43,400 bases of DNA from Hydrurus foetidus (GCA_900617105.1 UYFQ01000518.1:62001-105400), one strand, 5' to 3'; shown: positions 12,301 through 25,700, counted from the first letter of the stretch. Notes: generated from the letters alone by a model not told the origin. A program made the numbers and translations.

Positions 12301-15217
12301 AAAAAGCGAGAAATAGTGCGACATAGCGCAGGACACTCTCATGACATGAAGTACTTTATGTTTATGAAACCAGAAAGCACCGTCTCATATTTTCAATATC
12401 AAGTTGTCATCCAGATGAACAGGTCAAACGAACAAACAATTGTACTGCAGCAATTCCACAAGAGCGTTTAAAAGAATGCAGTTTAAGTGGTACGCACGTA
12501 CGCACGTACCTAGTCCCATTTCATCTGCAAGAATGCAATTTCTTTTCTGACTCCAATTGAATAAAATCCACCTCACACCGTCCCACTGATAGTCCCTGAG
12601 TCTAAAATCATCAGCCGAGTGAAAGGCAGCAGGAGCAGGGGCCGACAATGCGCATGTCTTGAGAGACCGGTTGTATCTCTTCTGCCCTTGGCCGTATATC
12701 TTAGACGGAACTCTTTGTTCTCTACGGTAAAAATCCCTTAGAGCTTGTTCGTATTCTATCCCGCTATACTCGACAATTTCGTTTGGTTTTGCTGCGGACT
12801 GTTCTTCACTATTCGTTGTTGCGTCAGTAGTTGTAGATGAGGATTTAGGTGCATTTCTCCCTGTTGCATTTACACTACAGTGATTCATTAAATCATTAAT
12901 GTCTTCGAATGACGCCTCGCCATACGCTGACCCCTCCCACTTCACAACTACCCAACAAGCAGGACCGTGTAGATACGCATTCTTAATGTGCTGATCTGAC
13001 GGTTTCAACTCTGGTGTGGTGTTTTTTTTATTTGCATTTCTTTTATTGGAGGGTGTGATCGAGTCCACACCATCCCACCCATCCTCTCCACTCCTCACTC
13101 TTGACGAGTCGGTCGACACAGAGGCTACGGTGGATGAAGAAGAGGTAGGGAAGGAAGAGGGGAGGGGAGTGTTAACCCAGTCAATTGTGAGCACATCTAC
13201 ATCATCGTCATCCACATTTAGAATGCGCGATACTGTGATTAAATCGACCGGGAAATATTCTCCTGCGGTTAAATCTTCGAACAGTTCTGGACCCTCTATT
13301 TCCCTCTCCTTGAATTTCCTTATCTGAGACTGAAATGAGAAAAAAAAGGAAAATCAGGCTTAATATGGAATGAAAGAGAGCGAGGTCTGTGATACCATAT
13401 GTTAAATTGTGTTGCGCATAAAATGTGTAAACACCACGTGCATCACATGGAAAATTCACCATATCAAAAATGACAGGATATTGCAATCATCCATAACTTA
13501 TGTCGAGTGATGACGCACCTTGGCCATAAATCCCACTAAATCGATGATATCTTTTTCCGTCTCCCACGAAACATGAAGGTAGCTCGCGTGCAGCCATTTT
13601 ATCAAATATTTCTCCACGCATTTCTTAGTAGGATCGTTGAACTCGGAGTCTGGTTGCTGTAGCACCGATCCTCTTATCACTTCCCTGTAGCCGTAAGGCA
13701 CATAAAGAATGAGGAGAAAGATTACATCACAGCAGGAAAGGTAAGGTAAGGTAAGGGAGAATGAGACAATGAGAGGTTAGGTCTTATACAGTAAGATGAC
13801 GTTAGAGAAGGGTAAAATGACGTTAGAGAATGCTGGTTAGTGTGGAAGTCTGGATTCGGCATCAAAGTGCATCAATCTACTTTAGCTGCGGTGGGGTTGT
13901 CGATCATACGTATCGCTATCGTACGGCACGTAAGATGTACAATGCACGTACTGTGTACGTACCTCGTGTTCATGGTGCCACATATCTCCCTCCACTTGGT
14001 GGGCGTCATAGACTGCCTGGCCAACACGTGCTGTATCTTGTAGTCAATATCATCGCTGCATTTCTCAACGCCAGAAGACTCATCGTCATCATCATCCTCT
14101 TCTCCATATTCTTCATCCTCGCTGTCTCCCTTCGTTACCTCCTCGGCACTGTCATTGTCATCTCCATTATTTTCCTCATTGCTACCTGACTTGGAATCTT
14201 CAACACTCAACACTTGATCATCATTTGAAGCGTCACTACCACTTTCATTTTTTCTCTTTTTAACCGCTTTAGGAACCTGTGATTTAGACGGTATTTTCTT
14301 CGGTTGTACCCGGCCTTCCCGGCTACTTACGGTTGCTCCATCTACTGCGAACTCATCATCTGAATGAGGGTCCGCGTAGTCTTTTGAGAACTGTCGCGTT
14401 CTACTGCTTTTTCTCACTTTAATATCTACGTCGTCAAACTCACTGTCGTCATCGGCTTTGTTGCGTTTTGAAACTCTTGTTTTCTTTGCTCTACTGCTTT
14501 CTTCTGTTGGAGAGTCTTCTGCAATCTCCGTTTTTTTCGAAGAAATGGTAACTCTAGAAGACGATCGGCTGCTTCTAGATGGAGGCAAAGCTCTTGTTTT
14601 ACCGACATCGACATTGATATCGCGTTTTTTTGTGTGATGCTTTTCCGTCTTCGCTACGGCTGAGAAACCGAAGCGGTCCAGGGAATTGCCTTCATCGGTT
14701 CCCTTCCGCTTCTTGCTGTCTAGGACCTGCGACTTTGCTGCGTATCCTTTTTGATTCTTACCGTCTTCCATCTCATTTTCAAACTCGTCTTCATGATCTT
14801 CTTCGTCATCGTCTTCACCAGCGTCAGGCTCGACTTCTTCTGAGTCATTCTCATCTTCATCTTCTTCATATTTTATTGAAGAGTTTGACTTCACCAGCCT
14901 TTTCAAGCTCGGCTGTGTTGTTTAGCCATGTATGATAATTAATGAGTGTGAGAGTGAGGGAGAAAGTGTTGGAGGGACTAGGAGAAATTGGACTATCAAT
15001 ATCCGCGAACCTTCGTGGATCCAGTGCTGCGCTTCGAAGCCATTGACAGCACTGGCTCGCTTACACTATCGTCATCAGAATCGATCATCTCCTGCATCAA
15101 AAATCATTCGTGGGGAGGTTCAGGAATAGCGTTCATGAGACGATTTTAGTCGAAGTTTCGTAATCTTACCATTTCATTGGCAACTATCACTGGAGGGTTT
15201 CGTCGCGGCCTGTTCAT
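1567..15217 (-). CDS. Chromodomain-helicase-DNA-binding protein, CHD6-9/Kismet-like SNF2 remodeller (~2950 aa, ~17 exons)
   Basis: Phase-consistent GT-AG exons: 15217-15170, 15091-15011 (or -15065), 14912-13963, 13684-13519, 13329-12510, 12214-12086, 11771-11550, 11074-10967, 10610-9501, 9305-9186, 8702-8398, 8060-7965, 7555-7297, 7119-6206, 5725-4327, 4137-4013, 3591-1567. Motifs: chromodomains ([31 protein letters not shown]), [66 protein letters not shown], and SFSKASFV...IDDPDFW typical of CHD6-9. The first two exons are the least certain. Confidence 0.93.
3606..3640. repeat. (GA)n microsatellite in the last CHD intron
   Basis: gagagagagagagagagagaga..., forming the polypyrimidine tract on the sense strand. 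Confidence 0.85.
9307..9341. repeat. (TG)n microsatellite abutting a CHD splice acceptor
   Basis: tgtgtgtg... run directly adjacent to the acceptor at 9306-9307. Confidence 0.9.
10633..10830. repeat. Intronic minisatellite, ~21-24-bp unit (GTGTGTGTTAGTGAGGGG...), ~9 copies
   Basis: Repeated gtgtgtgttagtgaggggg / gtgtgtaaggtggggggatga units inside CHD intron 8. Confidence 0.85.
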
Positions 15218-15851
15218 CTGTGGCTAACACCAGATAGATAATGTCAACGGTGGAAGTTGTTGCCACGCAATCACGTGCTTCTTATGATTTGCTGAATGCG
15301 CTATCCATGCAGATCGAGATGAATGATGCGAAGGTATTTCATTTGGTAAAATTATTTCAAAAAAATTCGAATATAAGTTTGAAAAAGAGACAGTCTATAC
15401 GGAAATACGGAAATACGGAAATACAAAATGCGCTGCTGAACATTCGACTGTGCAGTACCGTACTGTGCTGTATTAATTACCATTAGGACGTAATGTACCG
15501 ATTCGCAAGATGCAATAAGGAATAAACAAGGTGTAAATTAAAATGAAAATGCGTTGCCAGTAGAGCAAGTCGCAGATTTCCAGTGGAAATAGCCATTTTT
15601 CCCCATATTCTCCTCTCTAAAAATTCGAAGGTTGTGCTGAGGGTCAGAAGTAAGAATTAATGGAGTTCGTTAGATGAATCTGGTTTTCTTTGCATCGGGC
15701 AGCATAAGAAGCTGATTTGTCGATTTCAAATGCCTTCACTGTCGCTCCAAAATATCTGTCAAATGATCCATATCGATGATCTCGAGAGCTCAGTAACGAT
15801 CAAAAGAGCATCATCTACTGCCCCATCAAAGTAAGCATCAATCTTCAATCA

Positions 15852-16799
15852 TGTTATTACGACTAATTGCTTAGGCAGTAGAAAAGAATGCAGTCGAATG
15901 GAGAGAGCACTACTGAAACGCAGTCGAATGACTAAACACATAAGTTACTACATTAGTACTTGTGATGATACGATCGTGTGGTGTGCGGTAGCCGCTACTT
16001 CGCACCGTAGGACTTCCTGGCGAAGTCTAGGAACAGGAAAATGAACCTCTGATCTGTGTTGGTTGAATCCAGCTTGTGTGCAAATCTTCAGATGTGAGTG
16101 TACCGTGCGTCCGTAGGTGGGCCATAAGTTGTTGCGGGACCAACAACGGATCTGAGAGCTCGTTGCGATCTGAAGCTGGTAGAGCATCCTTTAGGCGTCT
16201 TGTGAGAAGGAGGACTGCAACGGCTACCTTGTCAAATTCCTTTGTTCTGTAATCGAATAATCGCCAAGCATTGGCGTTTTTGGCTGGGATTTCGGGCGGT
16301 GTTAGAATGTCTCGTGGGCGAACGACGATGTTGGGAGGCACCGCATCGTCTGGAATTCCATTTCCAGGTAGGTTTTGCCAGACTTCATTTGTGACAACGA
16401 AGGATAGGAGCCCATGCCGATGGGTGAGAAACCCGTTGTCTAGACAAATGCTCGATGCATAGTCGTAGACTTGCCTTTGAAACTCGGCAAAATTTTCTTT
16501 CGTGAGTGTAATGAACGGTACTGATTCTGTCATTAATCTAAACTGTTGATCCAGTGGAAGCTGACTGGAGAACGTTGGGTAAACCGATGAGACAAGTTTA
16601 CGTCGGTTTAGATTAAGTTATGAAGAAAGCATGAATGAGAGCACAGTGACAGATTGAAGTGCTCAAGATCGAGATCGGGATCAAGATCGGATGATTGTAT
16701 GTACATACATGAACAACTACATCTCCGTCTCCTGCTGCAAGAGTCCCGCTGACACACCCCGGCTGGGACACCCCCAACCCCCCGGCCCCCCGCCGGACA
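15852..16799 (-). mobile_element. Degenerate Ty1/copia (CoDi-like) retrotransposon remnant with truncated gag
   Basis: ORF 16533-16027 (HGLLSFVVTNEVWQNLPG...P..P...LKDALP...DPLL...LMAHLR.HGTLTSEDL) resembles, from memory, the N-terminus of stramenopile CoDi-type Gag and shows internal deletions. The - strand starts TGTCC at 16799 and ends AATAACA at 15852. No pol and no TSD seen; boundaries are approximate. Confidence 0.55.
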
Positions 16800-16973
16800 G
16801 TTTCGCTTTCTGTAAAACAACGGATTCCAGATTTTCAAAAATTTCAAGGCGTTTTTGAGGAGTTTTTCTGGCGATGATGATGATCGATCGTCAATGCCCC
16901 ATCAAATCTCACTTCAAAAACTTGGCGGTGGAAGTCTAGAAAGCATTTGACCTCATGTTCCTCAGAACTGGTT

Positions 16974-19053
16974 ATGTTCAGTAGCTATAACTCGATCCCA
17001 ACGGACTCAATCCTACAGGTCAAAGAAGAATCAACCCAACAGAGTAGAACGCTCGAAGTATCTGCAGCAGCCATTTCTGTACAGTGTCTTGCGAAGTCTT
17101 TCAACGGAAAATCAGAAGTTATCGCCACAGAAAAGAAAAGAAACCCGGTAATCGCGAGAGTAGTAAATTCTAAAGTTTTGGAAATAGAGAAGAAGATAGC
17201 GGCTGCATCGTTCTCGAGCCCTCAGAAATCTACACCAATTCCGAAGAAGGAGTTAAATCAGACGAAAACTATTTCAGAGTGCATCACAGTACCAGTTAAA
17301 AGTAAGACACCTGACCGAGAGCAGGCTTCTAAACCAACTATTGCTCCTCCGCCTTCAACTACCGACGACTTAACCGAAGAAATGAGCGCCGAAATTTTAG
17401 CAGTGCTGCAGAACATCCAGGAGCGTCTGGCGAAAATTGAATCTGGGATGGGTCAAGCAGGGGCGGTGACAACTGCTCCAGCTGTAGATGTAGCCAAACT
17501 TTCCCTCGGTGCGTCAGCATTCGACGATTTCACAAATGATTTCGTGAAGCCTTTCAAGACAGCATGTGATGGGCTGGGTGGTGATGCCGCGAAAGGTGGA
17601 GAACTAATGAGTGATGCTATGGCTGAAATGCGTTCATTTATTGTCTTGGCTTCGGCTTGCAAAGAACCCCCCGCATCATCACTTCCTGGCCTCCTTGCCA
17701 AATTGACGGACAAAATTAAAGCCATCACCGCATCTGTGCAGCGCAACGACTGGGAGAAGCACACGAAAACCCTCTCAGAAGGAGGACAAAGTCTTAATTG
17801 GCTCATCATAAAACCATCGCCCTGCGATTTCATCATGAGCTATGCCGATGGTGCCGACTACTGGGCGAACAATATCAGAAAGGAATTCCGCACTACCAAC
17901 CCCGCGCAGATCGCCTTCTGTGACACCTTCAAAACTCTCCTACTTGAACTCGTGAAATACGTGAAGGAATATCACAAGACAGGCCTTACGTGGAACCCTA
18001 AAGGCGTTGATGTCTCGGCATACAGCGGAGGAGCACCTGCACATGCCAAAGCTGCCAGTGTTGAACCCACGAAAGCTGCTGTTGCTGCTGCACCCAAACC
18101 AGCTGCAGCAGGGCCCGATCTATTCGCAGCACTCAACAAAGGTGGCAACATCACTGCAGGTCTGAAAACAGTCACGAAAGACCAGCAGACTTGGCGTTCT
18201 GAGTACAAAGGCCCAGCAGGCGATGCCCCTACTCCTGCTGCCCCAGTCGCTGCTGCTCGTAAGACTACAGCAGCTGTCATGAAAGGTCCTCCCAAACTAG
18301 AGTTCCAGAATGCAGGAAGTAAGTGGCTTGTGGAGAATCAAACCGAAAAAGAAGGAATCGTTGAAGTGAAAATCACGGAGATGAAGGAGACTGTATATAT
18401 CTACGGCTGTGAGGGAGCCACTATCACTATCAAGGGGAAGTGCAAGAGTATTGTTGTTGATGGATGCAAGAAGACTAAGGTGTTTTTCGACACCGCCATG
18501 GCCTCTTGCGAAGTCATTAACTGCCAGAGAATGCAAATACAGTGCAACGAAAAGGTCGCAGCGGTGGCCATCGACAAAACAGACGGCATTATCGTCTTTC
18601 TCCCTATCACATCGCTAGGTAATAACATGCGGAAAAAGTGAATTGAACTACACTGTTGATGATGTTGACGGCTTTATTTGGTGTACCCTTCCTCCCAATT
18701 ATTTGAGACATTTATGACGAAAGGAATAATGTATTCATGCGTTCTCACGTTTAATTGTCCGTATCCAAATTCAGTTGCCCTTCTACTTTGCTCTTCGTAA
18801 GAACTAATTCATCGCATCTCATCTCAAATACCTCCACCCCACTAACCCCACTCCCCTGACCTCCACAATCACACCCACCTTCCTTCTCTCACACGTAGAC
18901 ACTGAGATTGTCGCATCAAAGAGCTCTGAAATGAACCTCTCCTGGCCCGACAAGAACGGTGACATGATGGAGAGACCCATCCCCGAGCAATACAAGCACC
19001 ACATCAAGGGTCTGACTGTGACTGCTGAGGTATCCGATCTCTACACACACTGA
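16974..19053 (+). CDS. CAP1: Adenylyl cyclase-associated protein (CAP/Srv2), 2 exons
   Basis: Exons 16974 (or conserved start 17382, MSAEILAVLQNIQERLAKIE)-18618 and 18899-19053. Helical domain (LSEGGQSLNWL, ADYWANNIRKEF, YVKEYHKTGLTWN), WH2-like LFAALNKGGNITAGLKTV, and CARP beta-helix (KWLVENQ, IKGKCKSIVVDGC, AIDKTDG, SKSSEMN, PIPEQY). Confidence 0.95.
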
Positions 19054-19579
19054 GGAATCATGCTCGACACTCTAAAGGACATTGTGTTATTTCTACAATA
19101 TGCAATACTTGTAGCGCAGGTGGATATGGAGTGGTTGTAGTGGTGAGAAAGCTTAGAGCAGGGCAGGTTGAAATGTCAGTCTGAGAAAGACGTATGTTAC
19201 CTCACCGAGACTATTCTTATCTAGCATAGATGATAAGCATCGCGTTTAAAATAAGCTCAATGCATTGAGCCCTTCACAGGCTAGACTCTCACAGCCCTAC
19301 CCTCGATTTCACATGATTTAGAGTCGTCCACTGTCTCTACTTCCATAATAATTCTACACCGTGATCATTCCTTATTTTCTTATTATTTGTATTTGATTAA
19401 GTGGACAGAAACTAACAACGTAACTAAGTAAAGCGAAATTTGATTCTTCAGATGCGTGTGAAATTCTGGCAGAAATTTTCACAGATGGCGACGATTTAGT
19501 TTTGTCACTCATAATATGTGAAATAATTCCCGATCGAAGTAACCACGCTACTTTTCTGGCCTAACGATGCGATGTCGAT

Positions 19580-20538
19580 TTAGGCGTAGGTAAGATCATC
19601 ATTGAAGTAAATGTGGAGAGTCGTAGTGAAGAAGTCCTCAGGCATTCCAAGTTCCACGAATTTATCCGATTCGTCCTCAACGCCATTCTGCGAAAGAGTT
19701 CGCTCCATATTCAACTCAACAAATTCATCGTTTTTGATGACCTGCGAATACAACGTATTATTGAGGCTATTTGGGCAAGGTTTTTTGGTACACCCAGTAC
19801 TAAATGAAGTCATGAATTGCACTAATATGCGGTCATAGATTGCGTCTTCAAGAAATACATTTCGACGTTTAAAATTCACCTTCCAAGTATACGATTGCGC
19901 ATGTTGGTTGAACTCTAAATACCGCTCCTGAATTTCGTTGATGGTTTCTTCATCACAAATGTTGATAATGTTACTCCCATGCGTAAGCATGTTTTCTATT
20001 TTGATAATTCTCTTCTTCTTCGTCAACTGTCCAAAGTGAAAAAGAGAAAGATATCAAAAGCTATTATTCTGCTCAATTCATTCGTTTAGAATCTGTTTCT
20101 GCCCCATCTACTGCATCGGTTGCTAGACATAGCAATTTTATCCAATGAAATATCGTATAATGTGAAAATTCAAATCTTCATCAGCGTAAAATGATATGTC
20201 ACCTGGCCGATTATATAACTTGAATCAAGCCACCAAGGTAGGTCAACAATAGCGCAATTATCTAACGGATCCGGTGATGGGACATGTATAAAACGCCCAT
20301 GAGGAGTATATGGCATTCTTATATTCCTCTCTGGATCTATGAAAGTTTTAAGGTCCCTTGTATCTTCCTTAAACCAATGAGAAATGGACGAACCAGCGGC
20401 CTTTACTATAGGACCTGAAAGAGTGTCCCTATTATCGTTAAGAAGTGTTGTAAGATCGTAAACCTTCTCGTATATGGATACCCAGCAATCTTCCGCAACG
20501 TTATGACGTGCGACCTCCTCTGGTGTGAAGTATCTCAT
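19580..20538 (-). CDS. CYB5D1: Cytochrome b5 domain-containing protein 1 (ciliary/flagellar), 3 exons, ~214 aa
   Basis: Exons 20538-20203, 20026-19880, 19741-19580, all phase 0. RYFTPEEVARHN..DCWVS...VYDLT..ISHWF, YTPHGRFIHVP, PWW, EETINEIQERYLEFNQHAQSYTWK, TLSQNGVEDE, LHIYFNDDLTYA match the CYB5D1 family. Confidence 0.93.
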
Positions 20539-22765
20539 TCGGTCTCTCGTTCAGATGTTTCCAAGAAAGTTCAGTTTTCAACTTCTGTTCCCGTAGCTTC
20601 GACCATTTTCGCGGATGATGGAGCTTATGATTGGTTGCAAGTGGAAACAATGCCCTTGCTCTTTTGATAATTTGAGCAGGATGCTGAATATTCTTTCAAT
20701 CTTATTGATAAATTCCAGAGATGTGCTGTCCGATGGATGGCTCACAATATTTAAAATATTTGCTGCTGTAGCCTGTAGCCCCACAGAGAGTTCTTTTGAA
20801 AAGAAACGAAACCGATCAAGGAATTCTTGTACGACCGTTCGTCTGGTCCCTCGTACGTACCCATCAGGGTAACACATTCATTCCTCTTTTTGTTCTCATT
20901 TCTTACTCGTGTGGCCGAAGTCAGGGCCTGGGATGTTGGACGAAGGTTTTGTTGGACGATTGGACAAAGGTTTTGTTGGAAGAAGGGCGGTGGGCGTGAA
21001 GCAAAGGAAGCGATGTTGGGAGGAGAGAGTTGTGGTTGTATCTTACAGTTGAATAGATGAGGTGATGTGTATGCTAAGAGTACTCACGTCATATAGGGAA
21101 CTAAGACCTAAAGTGGAATCTGGGCGTAACGAGCCTATTGTACCTAGTGAACCTAGACACAATGTATCCACGTAGGGATGCAATAAGGCTACACTCTAGG
21201 GAATAATCTCCCCTTTTATCCTTCTTCTGAATAGTGGAAGGCAACTGTCTCGCTAGCGTAATTCGACACTGTATTCATATTATTATTTCGACCCGAGATG
21301 TAGCCATGATTGGGCCTGTTCGAAGTCCACTAGGATACCGTTCAGTGCGACAGAGTCTGAATCCAAATTTATCGTGAATTCGGACTACCTCTCTGTTCCG
21401 TAGTCCGATCCCCGAATACCCCGGCAACTACCGGCGACCCCATTACGTAATTGGACATCAAACTAATAGCTACACTCAGAAAGCATCACATATCGTAGCA
21501 ACTAATGAAGTAAAAAGAAACTGTGAAACTAGTAGGGTGGGTGGGAGGTGACAAAATTTCAAAAGCAAGATTAAATCAAAAGGACCGAAACGATGTGAAG
21601 TACAACGCAAAAAGAAGGTTCGCTATCTCAAAGTCGCCTATCTCTCAACCTCGCACCCTATCGAGACCACTGTCTCGCTGTTTCTCTCCTCTCCGACATC
21701 CGTTACCCTATTCACCACGTTTCATGCCAATCTTCATCTTTAATTTCTGTTTTCATTTTTATCTTTGTTTCCCCTTTGTAAGTCACCTGTTCCCATTCCA
21801 ACCCAAACCTCGATCACCACTTCCCAAACCCTGCTATCACTAGCGTTCAATGCAGTTACCCCACCCCTCACGTTGATGTCTCCCCAAAACTGTTCTACCG
21901 GTACGGCCTTCGACCTCCCCGGGAACCTTAAATGATGTCAGAACTCGGAACACAGAACACCGATACTCCACTTATCTTTAGTACTGTAAGGTGTAGAACA
22001 ACTCTGTGTAGATGTACGGTACAACGGTTTATACTGTAGGTACGGAAGTGTCTTTTCCGGAAGACGACTCCAATATTAGGATGTTTCGGTGAAATATTAC
22101 GAGCTATACTACTCCGAAATCTCCGTACACTGATTGCATCAATAGCCAGTCGATGTTAGCGACTTTATTACTAACTAGATCTCTTATCAGATGGAGGAGT
22201 TGCATGTGCTCTATGTTCCTGCACGACTTCGCCTCTGGGAATTTCTCGACCATCTCCTTAAAACGATGTAAGCAACGTTGCATTGTTACGTACCCTTAAC
22301 TTCGCACAAGCAGAGCGGTCACTTTGGATCCAGTAGGGCTGCATCTGGAAGTGTTAAAGTGCAGCAGTAACGCATACCAAGGAGGATTTGTCGTCAAGAC
22401 GGTAATTTTCACGACAGGAAGAAGAATGTGCAATCTTCATTGACGCGCGCCCAGGAAAAAAATAACGGTATTTCTCACATATTCGTATTTCCATACATTT
22501 GAAAAAATTCAAAAAAATTCAGCTCTCCTATCGATCGCGATGGTACAGTCCGCTGTTGATGCTCGTACCGTTCAAGAGCTGGCAAATCGCCAAACAATTG
22601 AAGGAAGTATCAATCGCCTGAAGTCAAACAGTTATTTCACGCAGTCTTTGGATTCTCTTCGTTGCTGAATCACAGTTTGAAATTGCAATCATGCAACCTG
22701 GAGCGCCCGGACGTCATTTGGGTCCGCATGTCATTCAAGATTAGCTACGAAAACAACCAGTACAA

Positions 22766-25700
22766 ATGGCCAATATCCAACCCTACAAGCCGAACACACA
22801 GCAAGCGACGTCGCCTATGGCTTCAAACTTTGCTGGAAGAGCACATGAAGGAAGTCATCGAGAGTTTAGGTCCGAAAAGATTTTGGATTACACGAACTAC
22901 AAGTGTCTGTTGGAAAAAGGCAGGACATTACAGTTTGGAGAGATTACAAACTTCAACAGAGGTCTCAGTCCATCAACTGGTTACTCCTCGAATCAGAATC
23001 GCTGTGTGATGTGCGGTGTTACGGATGCCGCTATTCCTACGCAAAATAAGAACGTCTGCAAATCCTGTGACAGCGTTCCTTGGTTGGTGAAGTCCCCTGA
23101 AGTTGTGGTGAAATTCTGTAAAGGTAAGTCAGTTCATCGCTGTGCATATGTTCCGCTGTTGTGAATGTTGCCAATATTGAGATCATAAGCAATGTCTAAT
23201 GAGCAATTGTGAATCTCAACCCTAGTCATAATGAGATAAGAACTTTTCGACACCATTCATTAAAAATTGCAATTCATCCTCATTCGTCATCAAGGGTGCA
23301 AGAACTTTGCTGTATTAGCTGATTTCACTGAGAAGCCTGGAGCTGCGAAGTGTGGTAAATGTCGGTAAGTGCACCCTCTATCTCGTTGAAGGAACACATG
23401 CTGAAGTGTAATCTCTGAAGAACGTTAAAAAAGGGTCATATTACAACATTATTTCGAATAAGTGAATCCTTAGGAAACTATTTCTTACGATATCGTTGAA
23501 TTGAAACAGGCTGCGTGGTCGCAACAATTATCTACGGACAAAAAAAGGTGGCGGTGTAGTTCCGAAAAAAGAATCTCAAAACAGCACGCACACGATGTTA
23601 CCAACTTATAAAGAGCTAGAACAAGAACACATCTCAGATTTCGAAGTTGATCAACATGTAGAGCGGGATTTAGAAAGAATTTTAGGTCCAAGTCCCACTG
23701 ATATTTTAGTCGGAACTATAGAACCGGATGAGACTCCTTATTTTTCTCAATCTGAAGAAAGTGGAAAGGAAGTGCTGTCGTTTGATAACAGTAGTGGATA
23801 TTCTCCTTTTGATTTTCTGCGAACACAGTCACCCTTTCCTAACATCGGATCTGGTCTGACGTGTAGTTCTACGTATAATTCAGCGTGCAATCTTTATACA
23901 AATAAGAAGATTGACTCGACAGATATGAGAGAGGTGAGGCCGATATGGTCTGATTGCGGTCTAGCATCTGCTGCGAGGCCACCCTTTCCTAACTCAACGA
24001 GAGCAAGAGTTAATCCCTCTGAAAATGTGAGTTACCGAATACAAGCACTGTCTGCCCATTACCATCAAATCTAGTACCGTGCACTTTATGAGATGAAAGA
24101 CACATTACTTCATGTTGCTGTACGATAGTTCTTTAATTCTTTTTTTCTTCTAGTTACTATCTCTCCTCCCCTCCAATTTTCCATCAGTCTTTCTTTCTAT
24201 TTTCTAACTCTTTTTCTATCGTTCCAATAGGCCTTGCACTGTATCAACATTCCAATCTTCGGTGAAAATAAAGAAAACAAGAGAGGAGGCATACCACGCC
24301 ACAAAAGTTTCGCCCTCTGTGCCAAACCCACTCCCTCGCACTCTGTCACTCAGTCAAAGCTATTAAACTGCTTCAAATTGTCACCCTTTGACTCGACTGA
24401 GACAGATATGGGAGGCAGAGAGAATGTATCTCCTACCTCTTCTTCTCGCTCCATCCCGCCCCCTGATACACCCGATTGTACATCTTGTACTCTGCATCCT
24501 ACAGGCTCCCAACTTGTTGACAGGTAAGCAGGAATGAACAATATCTACACATAACATGAAAAAATTATAATGGATCCTTCCCCCCATCCAAACCAACCCC
24601 ATTTTGTCAGTCCATTTTATCAATATTACCGTACATACATGCGTACGCACATTTGACTGCCGTACTAAATGTTCCATCAGTCCTTGGATTTCTTCATTGC
24701 CCATGAACTATGGTCGCGTGTTTGACAATGTTCCTCCTCATGTTCCCTCCACTTCTATTATCCTATCTTTCTATCTCCTCCACTCTTATCGCATCCCCTT
24801 TGTCTCCTCCACTCTTATCGCATCCCCTTTGTCTCCTCCACTCTTATCGCATCCCCTTTGTCTCCTCAAATCTCCTCCCCATTCACCCTCATAACTCATC
24901 CCCTTTCACCTCTCAATCGCTCATTTCTTATCATCTCTCCTCTCCTCCCTTATTTTCATCTCTTTTATCTTGTAGGTGCAATTGGCACACAAACACGGAT
25001 GCTTTGTTAACACTAGTACGAGCAACGGAGACTCTAGACTATCCGAACATTCCCTCTACTTTAAAGAAAAGAAAGAAGATTTGCCAGAGTAAAGAGAACA
25101 TTCATGATAATATCACTAGAGGAGGAAGGGAGAGAAGAGGGGATGATGAAGAGTACTACTCAGAAAATGAGGACGTCAGTGCTGTGAAAATATCTAGAGT
25201 GTCTCACAGCAGCAGTGGTCGTGGCAATTGTGTTGGTTTGTCTGTGAGAGGCATAGCAGTCAAAGGCACGCAGATAGAGGGAGGTGTCAAGGGGGAAGGT
25301 CTTAGCAGCAATCAGAGAACTACTGCATGCGATATGTCTTATTCAGCATCTAATATCATGAAAAGTAGCCCAAAATACACCATATGGGATGGTGATGGTG
25401 ATGGCGATGATATCGAAAGTAACGGAGAAGGAAAGTGTTCTCAGCATGGTGTCACATCACTCAATATGTCGTCAAGAAAAAGTGAAGTCAATGATTCGCT
25501 TCTTCCCTGCAACTCCACTCCTATTTTTCGTGTGAGTTCTGGTATACTCGACAGTAGAGTTGGAGGATCAGACTGGCTTGAGAAAAGAAAAGGCAACAAA
25601 AAAGACAAAAAAAGAAAGAAAAATGGTGGGTCGATAATGGACACTTTTAATGTCCATCGAGCCAGCTCGAGTTATTCTGTGTCGGTGAATATATCTCAAG

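Noticed and set aside
24710..24975. Apparent signal peptide and repeats at the start of the 825-aa ORF
   Set aside because: Intron 4 of the zinc-finger gene, containing the 29-bp repeat; the acceptor is at 24975.
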